64,000 nt of DNA from the human T2T-CHM13v2.0 reference genome, Homo sapiens. The translations under genes were made by a program, and so were the position numbers. The notes below the pieces were generated by a model. The model saw only the letters and a list, made by a program, of their open reading frames with translations. It searched no databases and had not been told where the DNA came from. The DNA lies in the NCBI RefSeq assembly GCF_009914755.1, contig NC_060938.1, one strand, 5' to 3'. This document shows, piece after piece, positions 13,631-25,654 of this stretch (the stretch's first letter is position 1; the number at the start of each line of letters is the position of its first letter).

Positions 13631-13789
13631 GTTTCTCCACCCCCTGCACTGAACTTCTTCCTCTAACTAATGCCCTCTTTTCCACTTTCACCAGCATCTA
13701 TCTTAGCTGTCTCCATGATTCTAATTTCTGTTCATTTTTCAGCCTGGTATGTGCTAGCCTCTGCCCCCATCGTTCTTTTTTCCCCAGCC

Positions 13790-14322
13790 ACATGGAGGTA
13801 TAATTGACAAATTAAAAACGCATATATTTGTATGCACCTTAGAGTGTACAACATGATGTTTTGATGTACATATACATTGTGAAATGATGATTACTACAAT
13901 CAACCTAATTAACATATCCATCACCCCACATAGTTACCTTTTATATGTGTGTGGTGAGTATATTAAAATCTAAGTGTTAGATGTCTGGCAAATTTCAAGT
14001 ATAAAATACATTATTATTAACTATAGTCACCTTGCCATACCATAGTTCTCCAGAACTCATTCATCTTATAACTGCATGTTTGTACCACTTGACCAACATC
14101 TCCTTATTCTCCCCACCCCCTGAACACAGGTAACTACCCTTCTACTCTCTGTTTCTACAAGCTCAACTTCTTTAGATTCCACGTATACGTGAGATCTTGC
14201 AGTATTTGTCTTTCTATGCCTGGTTTATTTCAACCTTAAGCAGAACATCCTTCAGGTTCGTCTATGTTGTCACAAATGGCAAGATTTTCATCTTTTTTAA
14301 GACTAGGTAATATTCATACACA

Positions 14323-14356
<34 letters not shown>

Positions 14357-14412
14357 GTATATATAACATTTTGTCCATTCTTTGGTCAACAGACACATGG
14401 GTTGTTTCTGTA
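13790..14412 (-). mobile_element. L1MA (about MA8-9) 3' end with internal (CA)n
   Basis: gaggtataattgacaaat...tacaacatgatgttttga..cattgtgaaatgat is a typical L1MA 3' terminus. Confidence 0.85.
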
Positions 14413-15425
<1,013 letters not shown>

Positions 15426-15439
15426 AAATTGCTTCTACC

Positions 15440-17140
15440 GAGCTCACTCATGACCCTTTAATTACTAAAGCCAGTAAAGGCTTGTGGCTTCTTCGGCAGA
15501 CCTTCTGCTAGCCTTGACACTGTCCACTGTCCTTGTTTGTGAAACTCCTCCCTCGGCTTGTGAAGCCCACTCTCTCTGAGTGTTCTCCTTCTCTCCAGTA
15601 GCATCTTCTTAGCCTTTTAAGCTGGCTCCTCCTGATCTGCTTGCCCTTGGAATGGTGGCATCCCCCAGGAACTTATCTTTGGCTTCTTCTCACCTCACAA
15701 TTTTCCTGGGCCCTTACCTACTCCAGTGACTCCAACTATCAATATGTTGATTTCCAAATTTACATCTGCATGGCTTCTCATGCCTGGTTTCTTATTAATC
15801 CCATCAGTTCCACCTCCTATTAAAAGACAGAGGAATGTGGTAGTTAAAACCATGGACTCTGGAGATAGAATGCCTGGGCCGTGGGGCCTTAGGGAAGTCA
15901 CCTAAGCTCTCTCTGTGCCTCAGTTTTCTCATCTGTAAAATGGAAGGGGGAGAGTAATAATAGTACCTACTTCATAGAATTGTTGTTCAGATTGAGTTAA
16001 TGTATATAAAGTACCTAGAACAGGACCTGAAACATAATAAGCGCAATGTATTTGCTAATTTTTTAAAGTTCGGCATCGCTGTTTAGTATCTCCTGTAAGC
16101 ATCTCAAGTTAATTTCCTAAATCTATCTTCAATATATTCATTTAACATACTCATTTTCTCTCCACCTCTAGTGCTCATACCTTAACCAATTCCAACTATT
16201 TGGTATTGCAAATGTCAGGCCATACTTACCACTCAAGCTTTATTTCTGGCCATTTTTCCCATACCCATCAACCCTACCCTTTGACTACACAACAGAAACT
16301 GAGATCCAGTTCATGCCTCTTTAACCATGTCATGCTCTTGATTCAGAGCCCTTATCTTCTCTTCTGGCTTACTCTGCCTGGAAGCTTCTGCCTCTTTCAT
16401 TCCTCTCTACCTGGAACACCTAATCATCACTTTCACGCAGAACGACTTGGACATAGTTGTACAGCCTATGCACTGAAGAACTTTAGGGTACTCTATTCAC
16501 ATCTTAGTCTATGTGGCCAGAATTTCTTGAACTTGTGTAGTGTGTACACAGTCATACACGATGGTCCTGGACCACCCTGCCTTATCCAGAAAACTTTTGC
16601 TTATAAGTCTCTGCTTAGAGATCCCTTCCTTCAGGACATTCTTCTGGCCTCTTGATCAAATCAAAGCCTGTTTTCTGCTATACCTGTTTTCTGCCCACCT
16701 TTGGCACCTCATGCTGTTAATAGTAGCCCTTTTCACAAAATGTTGCAACATATGTTTTCTTATGTAGCCCCTACTAGACTCTTGGTGGTTCAGCGTGTCC
16801 AAACCAAACTCCATAACTTCTCTTCACCCCAACTTTGACCACTCATTCACTCTTTATCACCCAAACTTCCTTTCTTTTATATTCTCTATTTATACAGAAC
16901 CATCTGTTCATCATATTTTCAACCAACCCCTTGACAAATTTCTTATCTTCCAGCCATAATTAGTAAACACCCATAGGATTTTTATATCTATTTCCATGAG
17001 AGCACATTCCACCTCAGTTATATCATAATTTTTGTTTATGTGCTAATCTCTCCATAGGCCATGGACTTAATAAAGGCACAGGGTCACCTCCCTATCACCA
17101 GTACCTAACACGCTGCTTGAAACTATGTTGTTTGAACTTA
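15440..17140 (+). mobile_element. Degenerate L2 fragments (around the MIR)
   Basis: C/T-rich L2-like motifs (ttccaaatttacatct, tccaaaccaaactc, cagtacctaacac). Confidence 0.5.
15832..16060 (+). mobile_element. MIR
   Basis: Core ctctgtgcctcagttttctcatctgtaaaatgg. Confidence 0.85.
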
Positions 17141-17679
17141 ACATCTTTAAATATGTAATAAATAAATATAACAAAATAATTTGTAGGATTTAGAATAAAC
17201 TATAAATCTGTATAAACCATTTGTTAGGACTTCACTAATTCACTCATATGCCTTGAGACCTTGGTTTTTTTCTTTTTAATATATTTCATTTATTTATAAT
17301 ACTGGTTTTTATTCAGAAAAAATACTGAAATGTGAATTTTGTAATAACTAAATTAACATATTTCCTCATATAAGTAAAAATAATTTTAGTATATACTCAC
17401 ATATGTTACTACTCGCTAAATCTATTTCAATGCTGAACATTTAGCTGGTATAAAATTAATACTGGCAATTATGGCATGAAAAGAACATTGCCTTGGAGAA
17501 CACTGTAAGTAGTAAAGCAATTCCAAAAATTACGAACTTAAAATTAGAATTCTAAAAACTGTTATTTTAAGTAAATTCCCATGATTCTTCTGATAACAAA
17601 ACATTCTTACTTATAAATGTAAAAACATATTTCCGTTTAACAATAAATTCTCCCATCCCGAGAAAAGAAAAAAAAAAAT

Positions 17680-17865
17680 ACTGTGTTTGAGTCTGGTCTC
17701 TGACCCTTACTGATCTTGTGGCCTTGGACAAGTCAATCCTACAAAGCCTCAAGTTACTCATACGTAAACAAAAAAGAAAGCAATTATAATATGATCTTAC
17801 CGAGTAAAATATCAATATTAAATGTAACATGGTATGTGAAAGTGATTTCTAAACTGAAAAGTGCT
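17680..17865 (+). mobile_element. MIR
   Basis: tgtggccttggacaagtca...gcctcaagttactcat core. Confidence 0.65.
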
Positions 17866-18163
17866 GGGTATTATCTATTATCTCTGTTAATATGATTCCC
17901 ATCACATAAACCACTTTCCAAAGAATAATTCGGTCCCTGAATGAATTTGGTTCTCACATATCTCTTTATCACCACAGCTGACTCTGGAAGATAAAAGTCA
18001 CATTATCTTGAAAGTGGAGAAGAAAATAGAGTGTGCATAAATAAAATATACATTTATATTAGTATTTAAGTGTACATTGCATTTGTGTTAGGTATTTTAA
18101 AGATTTTTAGGAAACAAAGTCATAAGCTTTAAGTCTCATCCTCAGCTACCAAATAGTATAGAA

Positions 18164-18845
18164 CAAGGTCAGCAAACTTTTTCTGTAAAGTGCCCAATAG
18201 TGAATATTTCAGTTCTGTGAGCCATATGGTCTCTGCCACAACTACTCAACTCAGCTGTTGTGCAAAAAACAGCTATAAACAACATGCAAATGAATGAGTA
18301 TGGCTGAGTTCCAATAAAACTTTATGTATACACACTAAATTTTGGATTTTATATAGTATTCACATGTGTTTTAGTCTGGTCAGGCTGCTGTAACAAAATA
18401 CCTTAGACAAGGTAATTTACAAACAACAGGAATGTATTGCTCACAGTTCTGAAGGCTAGAAAGTCCAAGATAAAGGTGCTGGCAGACTGAGTGTGTGGTG
18501 GGGGCCCATTCTCACAGATGGCACCTTCTATGTCCTTGCATGGCAAAAGGGTCAAGCAAGCTTTCTCAAGCTTCGTTTATAATGGTGCTAAATTCTATTC
18601 ATGAGGTCTGTGCCCTTATGATCTAATCACCTCCTAACGACTCCACCTCTTAATATTATCACACTGGGGATGAAGATTTAACATATGAATTTTAGAAGAA
18701 CACAAATATTCAGACCACAGCAACATGCCATAAAATATTATTCTTCTTTTGATTTGTTTCTGCCATTTAAACATGTAGAAATCATTAGTGCATGGGCTAT
18801 GTAAAAACAGGCAGCAGGCCAGATTTGGCCTGTGAGCCAGCCCCC
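18164..18845 (+). mobile_element. MER58B-like hAT-Charlie element, split by an MLT1A LTR
   Basis: ggtcagcaaactttttctgtaaag...gttccaataaaacttta...ggccagatttggcctgtgagcca. Confidence 0.8.
18367..18722 (-). mobile_element. MLT1A/MST-type MaLR solo LTR
   Basis: TG...CA ends; perfect 5-bp TSD ACATG. Confidence 0.9.
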
Positions 18846-19274
18846 CATATAAAGATAACACTCCACATTGGACATTTAGATGTTTTTCTGGTAGAAGAGT
18901 AATTCAAGTTAATTCATTTAACTATAGTAAATTAGCCAGGGTTGGTAGCTTTTCAAAATTAGAATAAATTTCAGATTATATTACAAGTAAAATTCTTGAT
19001 TCCTTCTTGGAGCATTGTTGGGAGATATTTGGAGGTGGCTATTCTAAGGAAAATCATCATCTACATCAATTCAAGATCCACAAAAATGGTACTTGTGCAT
19101 ATGCTATACCACATCATCTGCCTTCAAGTGGCTTATCATGGAACCTGGAATGGCTTATACATTTTGAGTGTTTATTACAAATTTGCATCTGAAGAATTCT
19201 TGCACGTGGTCGTGTATTCTATTTCTCAGGCAATGTAGTAAGAGTGTAGTTTGAAAAGTCACTCAAACCAGGTT

Positions 19275-19636
19275 TGCTATGCTCCGAATGTTTGTGTCAC
19301 CCTAAAATTCATGTGTTGAACCATAATCACCAATGTAATGGTATTACGAGGTGGGGCCTTTGGGAGGTGATTAAGCTTTAGGGCAGAGCCCTCATGAATG
19401 GGATTAGTGCCCTTATAAAAAAGGGCCCAGAGAGCTGCCTTGCCCCTTCCCCAATGTGAGGACACAGCAAGAAGGTGCCATCTATGAAACAGGAAGCAGT
19501 TTATCGCCAGACCCCAAATCTGCCTGCACCTTGATCTTTAATTTCCCAGATTCTAGAACTGGAAAACACATTTCTGTTATTTAAAAGCTACCCAGATTTT
19601 GGTATTTTGTTATAGCAGCCCAAACAAACTAAGACA
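19275..19636 (+). mobile_element. MLT1A0-type MaLR solo LTR (within a MIR)
   Basis: tgctatg..gaatgtttgtgtc...ggtggggcctttgggaggtgatta...actaagaca. Confidence 0.9.
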
Positions 19637-19677
19637 GGGGTTAAATCTCAGCTTTCCTGCTCAATAACTATGTGATT

Positions 19678-19973
19678 TCCCAGCACTTTGGGAGGCTGAG
19701 GTGGGTGGATCACAAGGTCAGGAGTTCAAGACCACCCTCGCCAAGATGGTGAAACTCCCTCTCTACTAAAAATAGAAAAAAAAAAATTAGCCAGTCATGG
19801 TGGTGGGTGCCTGTAATCCCAGCTACTCAGAATGCTGAGGCAGGGAATTGCTTGAACCTGGGAGACGCAGGTTGCAGTAAGCCAAGATCATGCCACTGCA
19901 CTCTAGCCTGGGTGATAGAGCGAGACTCCATCTCAAAAAAAAAAAACCACACAAAAAAAAAAAACAAAAAAAA
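19678..19973 (+). mobile_element. AluS, slightly 5'-truncated
   Basis: Dimeric Alu with A-tail; degenerate TSD aact(a)tgtgattt / aactctgattt. Confidence 0.92.
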
Positions 19974-20255
19974 ACTCTGATTTAAAGGGAGCTTGTCAAA
20001 TCCTTTAATTCCTCATTTGTAAAATAAGAAAAAGAATAAGAATATTTGCATGGTTTTTGGAAAGTGAAAGGAGGTCACATAGGTAAAGCGCTCAGGGCAA
20101 CACATGGTTCCTCTCCCTCATTCTAGTTACAATTTCAAAAATATGTTTCAAAACCCATGTTACTCTAAAGCAAGGCAAATTTCCATCTTTTACTTCTTAT
20201 TTTTTTCTGCATTCAATATAATCATATGAGGAACCAGTAATGATTCTAAAATTCT

Positions 20256-20552
20256 TGCTCACACCTGTAATCCCAGCACTTTGGGAGGCTGGTGGGCAGA
20301 TTGCTTTAGCTCGTGTATCCAAGACCAGCCTGGGCAACATGGTGAGACCCCATCTCTACTAAAAATGCAAAAAAAATAGCCGGCTGTGGTGGTGCACACC
20401 TGTGGTCTCAGCTACTCGGGAGGCTGAAGTAGGAGGATTGCTTAAGTGAGGTGTGCTGGGGAGGGGGCGGAGGTTGCAGTGAGCCAAGATCATGCCACTG
20501 CACTCCAACCTTGGTGACATAGCAAGATCCTGTCTCAAAAAAATAAATAAAT
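20256..20552 (+). mobile_element. AluJ-like
   Basis: Dimeric Alu; TSD TAAAATTCTT. Confidence 0.9.
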
Positions 20553-21927
20553 AAAATTCTTATCACGTATTAGTATTCATGATCACATCTATCTGCATTT
20601 AAAATGCCTTGTAACAAGGAAGCTAAGCACTCATTTTATTGAAACATTCTAGATATGTCTGTTTTCTAATGCAAAGACATTCACAAGAACATCTAAGCAT
20701 TAACCTCAGTGTTCAAAGTGTCAAAAAGATTTTGAAATCATGAATATTTTTATGTAAAATACTGATTTAATGTTTCTCAGAAAAATTCAAGTCTAAGGGT
20801 GGCATCAGCAGAATAGCAGTTCTCAGGATTCACCCACCACCCCACTTCCCTACGCCTCCACTGAGAGATCAACTAGCAACTATGCACAGATAAGAACACC
20901 TTGGTGAAAATCCTGAAACATAGAAATAAGCCTAAGTCACCTGCATGTTCCATAGAAGTGAGTAAAAATCCACATTGAAAGGGTAGGAGAAATGGTGTAT
21001 CTCCCTTCCCCAAGTCACCACAGTGCCATACAGAGAGGATTCCCCAGGGCCTACAGTGGGAAAAGACAACCTGGGTGGTGGACATCCAGCTTCCCTAGGA
21101 TTCAGAGATGCTTCCCTGAAAGCCCACTCTCTTCTCACCTCACAGTAACGGTAGGGAAAAACTGCACAGCTAGACTACGTGGGGTCAGGTAGAAACAAAG
21201 CAAGAGTTGCAAAGCCCACAGAGACCAGTGCACAAATTTTGGCGAAAGTTCAGTGTACCTCCCAGCAGTGGTGCTAGATCAGAGATACCAGATTCCCCAC
21301 CCCACCCCCCACCCCCACAAAGCTGGACTGGTCACTCCCAGAAGAGGTGGGAAATGCTACCTGCTTTGAATCCGTAGATAGCTAGCTGCCAGGCCCAGCC
21401 TCAGACTTGGCCAGAGTATCCCCCCTCACCCAGGAAGGGAGAAGACCCCCTGACAGTGAATTTCAACAAAAAAAGTAAGGACTAGTTCTGCCATACCCAG
21501 GAGTTTAATCAGCATTCCTTGCTGCCACAGAACACAACCCCAGATCCCTCCCAGGGAGGGAGACAAATCTCAACAGTACCTTTCTACTGAGTATAGCAGT
21601 TGGTCCATTCATCCTGATATACTTAACCTCAGGAACCCTCCTGCAACCCTGTCCAACTGCTGAACTGAAATAGTAGTACCTTCTGGCCACAGAATACACC
21701 CTGTGGCCCAGCTTGATCAGAGGCAATTGAAATGCCTATCCAGTAGCTCAGCCTGATTGCAGAGGTCAGCCAGTGGTCTTGCCAGATAGCAGAGCCCAGC
21801 TAGCTGCCCCACCCAAATTCAGAGCAAAAGCAGCAGCCCAGCCATCTAGAGAACCTAAAAGCAAGCTCTGCCTTTCCAGGGTCATTACCAGCTGACTCAC
21901 CTAGAAGCATGGGCTAGATTAAATAGT

Positions 21928-22128
21928 CATTCATTCAGGAAGCACTCATGAAGAGCCTACCAGGTGCCGGCCCTGGCCTGGGGCTGGGCTTAGAGCCGGG
22001 GCAGGATGGCCTGGCATCTGCTCCGTGGAGCTCACAGCCCAGCCTAGGCTGGCAACTCCAGTCTGCCCCAGTTTCCAGTTCTGTCCATTCCCCTTGCAGC
22101 TCAGCATGGATGAAGCTTTGAAATCCAG
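21928..22128 (+). other. 5'-transduced foreign sequence carried by the SVA (contains an antisense L2-like fragment)
   Basis: Lies between the left TSD (AAATAGT 21921-21927) and the SVA hexamer. About 60% GC by manual count; not L1M, not MAST2. Confidence 0.8.
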
Positions 22129-24193
22129 CTCTCCCTCTCCCTCTCCCTCTCCCTCTCCCTCTCCCTCTCCCTCTCCCTCTCCCGTCTCCCCACGGTCTCC
22201 CTCTCCCTCTGTTTCCACGGTCTCCCTCTTATGCCGAGCCGAAGCTGGACTGTACTGCTGCCATCTCGGCTCACTGCAACCTCCCTGCCTGATTCTCCTG
22301 CCTCAGCCTGCCGAGTGCCTGCGATTGCAGGGGCGCGCTGCCACGCCTGACTGGTTTTCGTATTTTTTTTGGTGGAGACGGGGTTTCGTTGTGTTGGCCT
22401 GGCCGGTCTCCAGCTCCTAACCGCGAGTGATCCACCAGCCTCGGCCTCCCGAGGTGCCGGGATTGCAGACGGAGTCTCGTTCACTCAGTGCTCAATGGTG
22501 CCCCGGCTGGAGTGCAGTGGCGTGATCTCAGCTCGCTACAACCTCCACCTCCCAGCCGCCTGCCTTGGCCTCCCAAAGTGCCGAGATTGCATCCTCTGCC
22601 CGGCCGCCACCCCGTCTGGGAAGTGAGGAGCGTCTCTGCCTGGCCGCCCATCGTCTGGGATGTGAGGAGCCCCTCTGCCTGGCTGCCCAGTCTGGGAAGT
22701 GAGGAGTGTCTCCGTCCGGCCACCATCCCATCTAGGAAGTGAGGAGCGCCTCTTTCCAGCCGCCATCCCATCTAGGAAGTGAAGAGCGTCTCTGCCCGGC
22801 CGCCCATCATCTGAGATGTGGGGAGCGCCTCTGCCCCGCAGCCCCGTCTGGGATGTGAGGAGCATCTCTGCCCGGCCGCGACCCCGTCTGGGAGGTGAGG
22901 AGCGTCTCTGCCCGGCCACCCCGTCTGAGAAGTGAGGAGACCCTCTGCCTGGCAACCGCCCCGTCTGAGAAGTGAGGAGCCCCTCCGCCCAGCAGCTGCC
23001 CCGTCTGAGAAGTGAGGAGCCTCTCCGCCCGGCGGCCACCCCGTCTGGGAAGTGAGGAGCGTCTCCGCCCGGCAGCCACCCCATCCGGGAGGGAGGTGGG
23101 GGGTCAGCCCCCCGCCCGGCCAGCCACCCCGTCCGGGAGGGAGGTGGGGGGGTCAGCCCCCCGCCTGGCCAGCCGCCCCATCCGGGAGGTGAGGGGCGCC
23201 TCTGCCCAGCGGCCCCTACTGGGAAGTGAGGAGCCCCTCTGCCCGGCCAGCTGCCCCGTCCGGGAGGGAGGTGGGGGGTCAGCCCCCCGCCCGGCCAGCC
23301 GCCCCGTCCGGGAGGGAGGTGGGGGGGGTCAGCCCCCCGCCCGGCCAGCCGCCCCATCCGGGAGGTGAGGGGCGCCTCTGCCCAGCCGCCCCTACTGGGA
23401 AGTGAGGAGCCCCTCTGCCCAGCCAGCCGCCCCGTCCGGGAGGGAGGTGGGGGGTCAGCCCCCACCCGGCCAGCCGCCCCGTCCGGGAGGGAGGTGGGGG
23501 GTCAGCCCCCCGCCCGGCCAGCCGCCCCGTCCGGGAGGGAGGTGGGGGGGTCAGCCCCCCGCCCGGCCAGCCGCCCCGTCTCCGGGAGGTGAGGGGCGCC
23601 TCTGCCCGGCCGCCCCTACTGGGAAGTGAGGAGCCCCTCTGCCCAGCCACCACCCCGTCTGGGAGGTGTGCCCAACAGCTCATTGAGAACGGGCCAGGAT
23701 GACAATCGCGGCTTTGTGGAATAGAAAGGGGGGAAAGGTGGGGAAAAGATTGAGAAATCGGATGGTTGCCGTGTCTGTGTAGAAAGAAGTAGACATGGGA
23801 GACTTTTCATTTTGTTCTATACTAAGAAAAATTCTTCTGCCTTGGGATCCTGTTGATCTGTGACCTTACCCCCAACCCTGTGCTCTCTGAAACATGTGCT
23901 GTGTCCACTCAGGGTTAAATGGATTAAGGGCGGTGCAAGATGTGCTTTGTTAAACAGATGCTTGAAGGCAGCATGCTCGTTAAGAGTTGTCACCACTCCC
24001 TAATCTCAAGTACCCAGGGACACAAACACTGCGGAAGGCCTTCCGCAGGGTCCTCTGCCTAGGAAAACCAGAGACCTTTGTTCACTTGTTTATCTGCTGA
24101 CCTTCCCTCCACTATTGTCCTATGACCCTGCCAAATCCCCCTGTGTGAGAAACACCCAAGAATGATCAATAAAAAATAAAAATAAACAAAAAA
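22129..24193 (+). mobile_element. Full-length SVA (SVA_F-like, possibly D/F): (CCCTCT)n, Alu-like, VNTR, SINE-R, poly-A
   Basis: All canonical domains present. F-like residues: ggccggtctcc, gtgtgcccaac, gggccaggatgac, ggctttgtgg. Right TSD AAATAGT at 24194-24200. Confidence 0.97.
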
Positions 24194-25614
24194 AAATAGT
24201 GAAGGTCTATTCCTGGTAAGGGACACCTATAAAAGCCAGAAAAGGTAGCTGTCTCTGCAAATGCACAGACACCAATGCAAGAATGCAAGAATTACAAAGA
24301 CTCAGGAAATCATGATACCTCCAACAGAAACTAACAAATCTTCAACAATAGACCCTAAAGAAAAGGAGATCTATGACACGTCAGAAAAAGAATTCAGAAT
24401 GATCCTCTTTAAAAAAAGAAAAAGAAGAAGAAGAAGAATTTCAAGAATATACAAATTAAAAATTAAATGAAACTTGGAAAATAATACACAAACAAAACAA
24501 GGAGTTCGACAAAGAAATAAACATTTTTTTAAACCAAAGAGAAATCCTAGAGATGAAGAATACAATAACTGAAATTAAAAATTCAATAGAAAGCTTCAAC
24601 ATCCAGCTCAATCAAGCTAAAGAAAACATCAGTGAGCTTCCAAACAGAACATTTGAAATTACCCAATCAGAGGAGCAAAAAGAGAAAGAAATAAAGAAAG
24701 CCGGCAGGAATTGTGGGACACCATTTAGAGACCTTATTTATGTGTAATAGTAATATAAGAAGAAGAAAGAGAAAAAGAGCCAGGAAATATATTAAAAGGA
24801 ATAATGGATGAAAACTTCCCTAATCTGAGGAAGGAAGCCAGCATCCAGGTACAAGAAGTTAAAAGGTCTCTGATCAAATTCAACTCAAAGAGGAGTTCAC
24901 CAAAACACATAATAATTAAACTACCAAAAATCAAAGACAAAGAAAAAATTCTGAGAGCCTCAAGAGATAAGAAATACATCACGTACAAAGGAGTCACAAT
25001 ATGACTATCTGTGGACTTCTCAGCACAAAACCTGCAGGCCAAGAAAGAGTGGGATGATAGAGTCAATGTGCTGAATGTGCTGAAGGAAAATAATCACAAA
25101 CCAAGAATACTTCATCCAGAAAAGCTGCTTTTCATAAATGAGGCATAAATAAAAACTTTCCCAGATAAACAAAAGTTAAGGAGGTTCATCCTCCACTAGG
25201 CATGCATTACAAGAATTGATATTAAAAAAAAGTTCTTTAAACTTTAAACAAAAAACTGCTAATTAATAACATAAAACTTACAAAAGCAAAAAACTCAATG
25301 ATATAAATAATACAGAGCAATATTCAGAATGCTCTAGGACTGTAATGGTGGTATGTCAAGTAATTTTATCCTTAGTAGGAGGGTTAAAGAATGAAACTAT
25401 TCATAACAACTACAGCTAAAATGAATTGGAAAGGGATACATACTACAAAATGATAATATACATTTACATAAAAATATAAATTCAGACATCAAAAATATAA
25501 AATAGGAAAAAGTCAAAGCATGGAGTTGTATGCAATCAAAGTTTCATTGTTATCAGCTTCAAATAGACTGTTATGAGTGTAAGATGTTCTACATAAGCCT
25601 CATGGTAACCAAAA

Positions 25615-25616
<2 letters not shown>

Positions 25617-25652
<36 letters not shown>
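25617..25652. repeat. (CA)n microsatellite
   Basis: About 18 CA units. Confidence 0.95.

Positions 25653-25654
<2 letters not shown>

Noticed and set aside
18367-19636. Oppositely oriented MLT1A LTR pair
   Set aside because: Independent solo LTRs in different hosts; wrong orientation for a provirus and too diverged to pair well.
22536-23683. Long ORFs (up to 309 aa) and an array-like repeat structure
   Set aside because: This is the GC-rich SVA VNTR, where stop-poor frames are expected. It has no unique spacers or cas genes, so it is not CRISPR.
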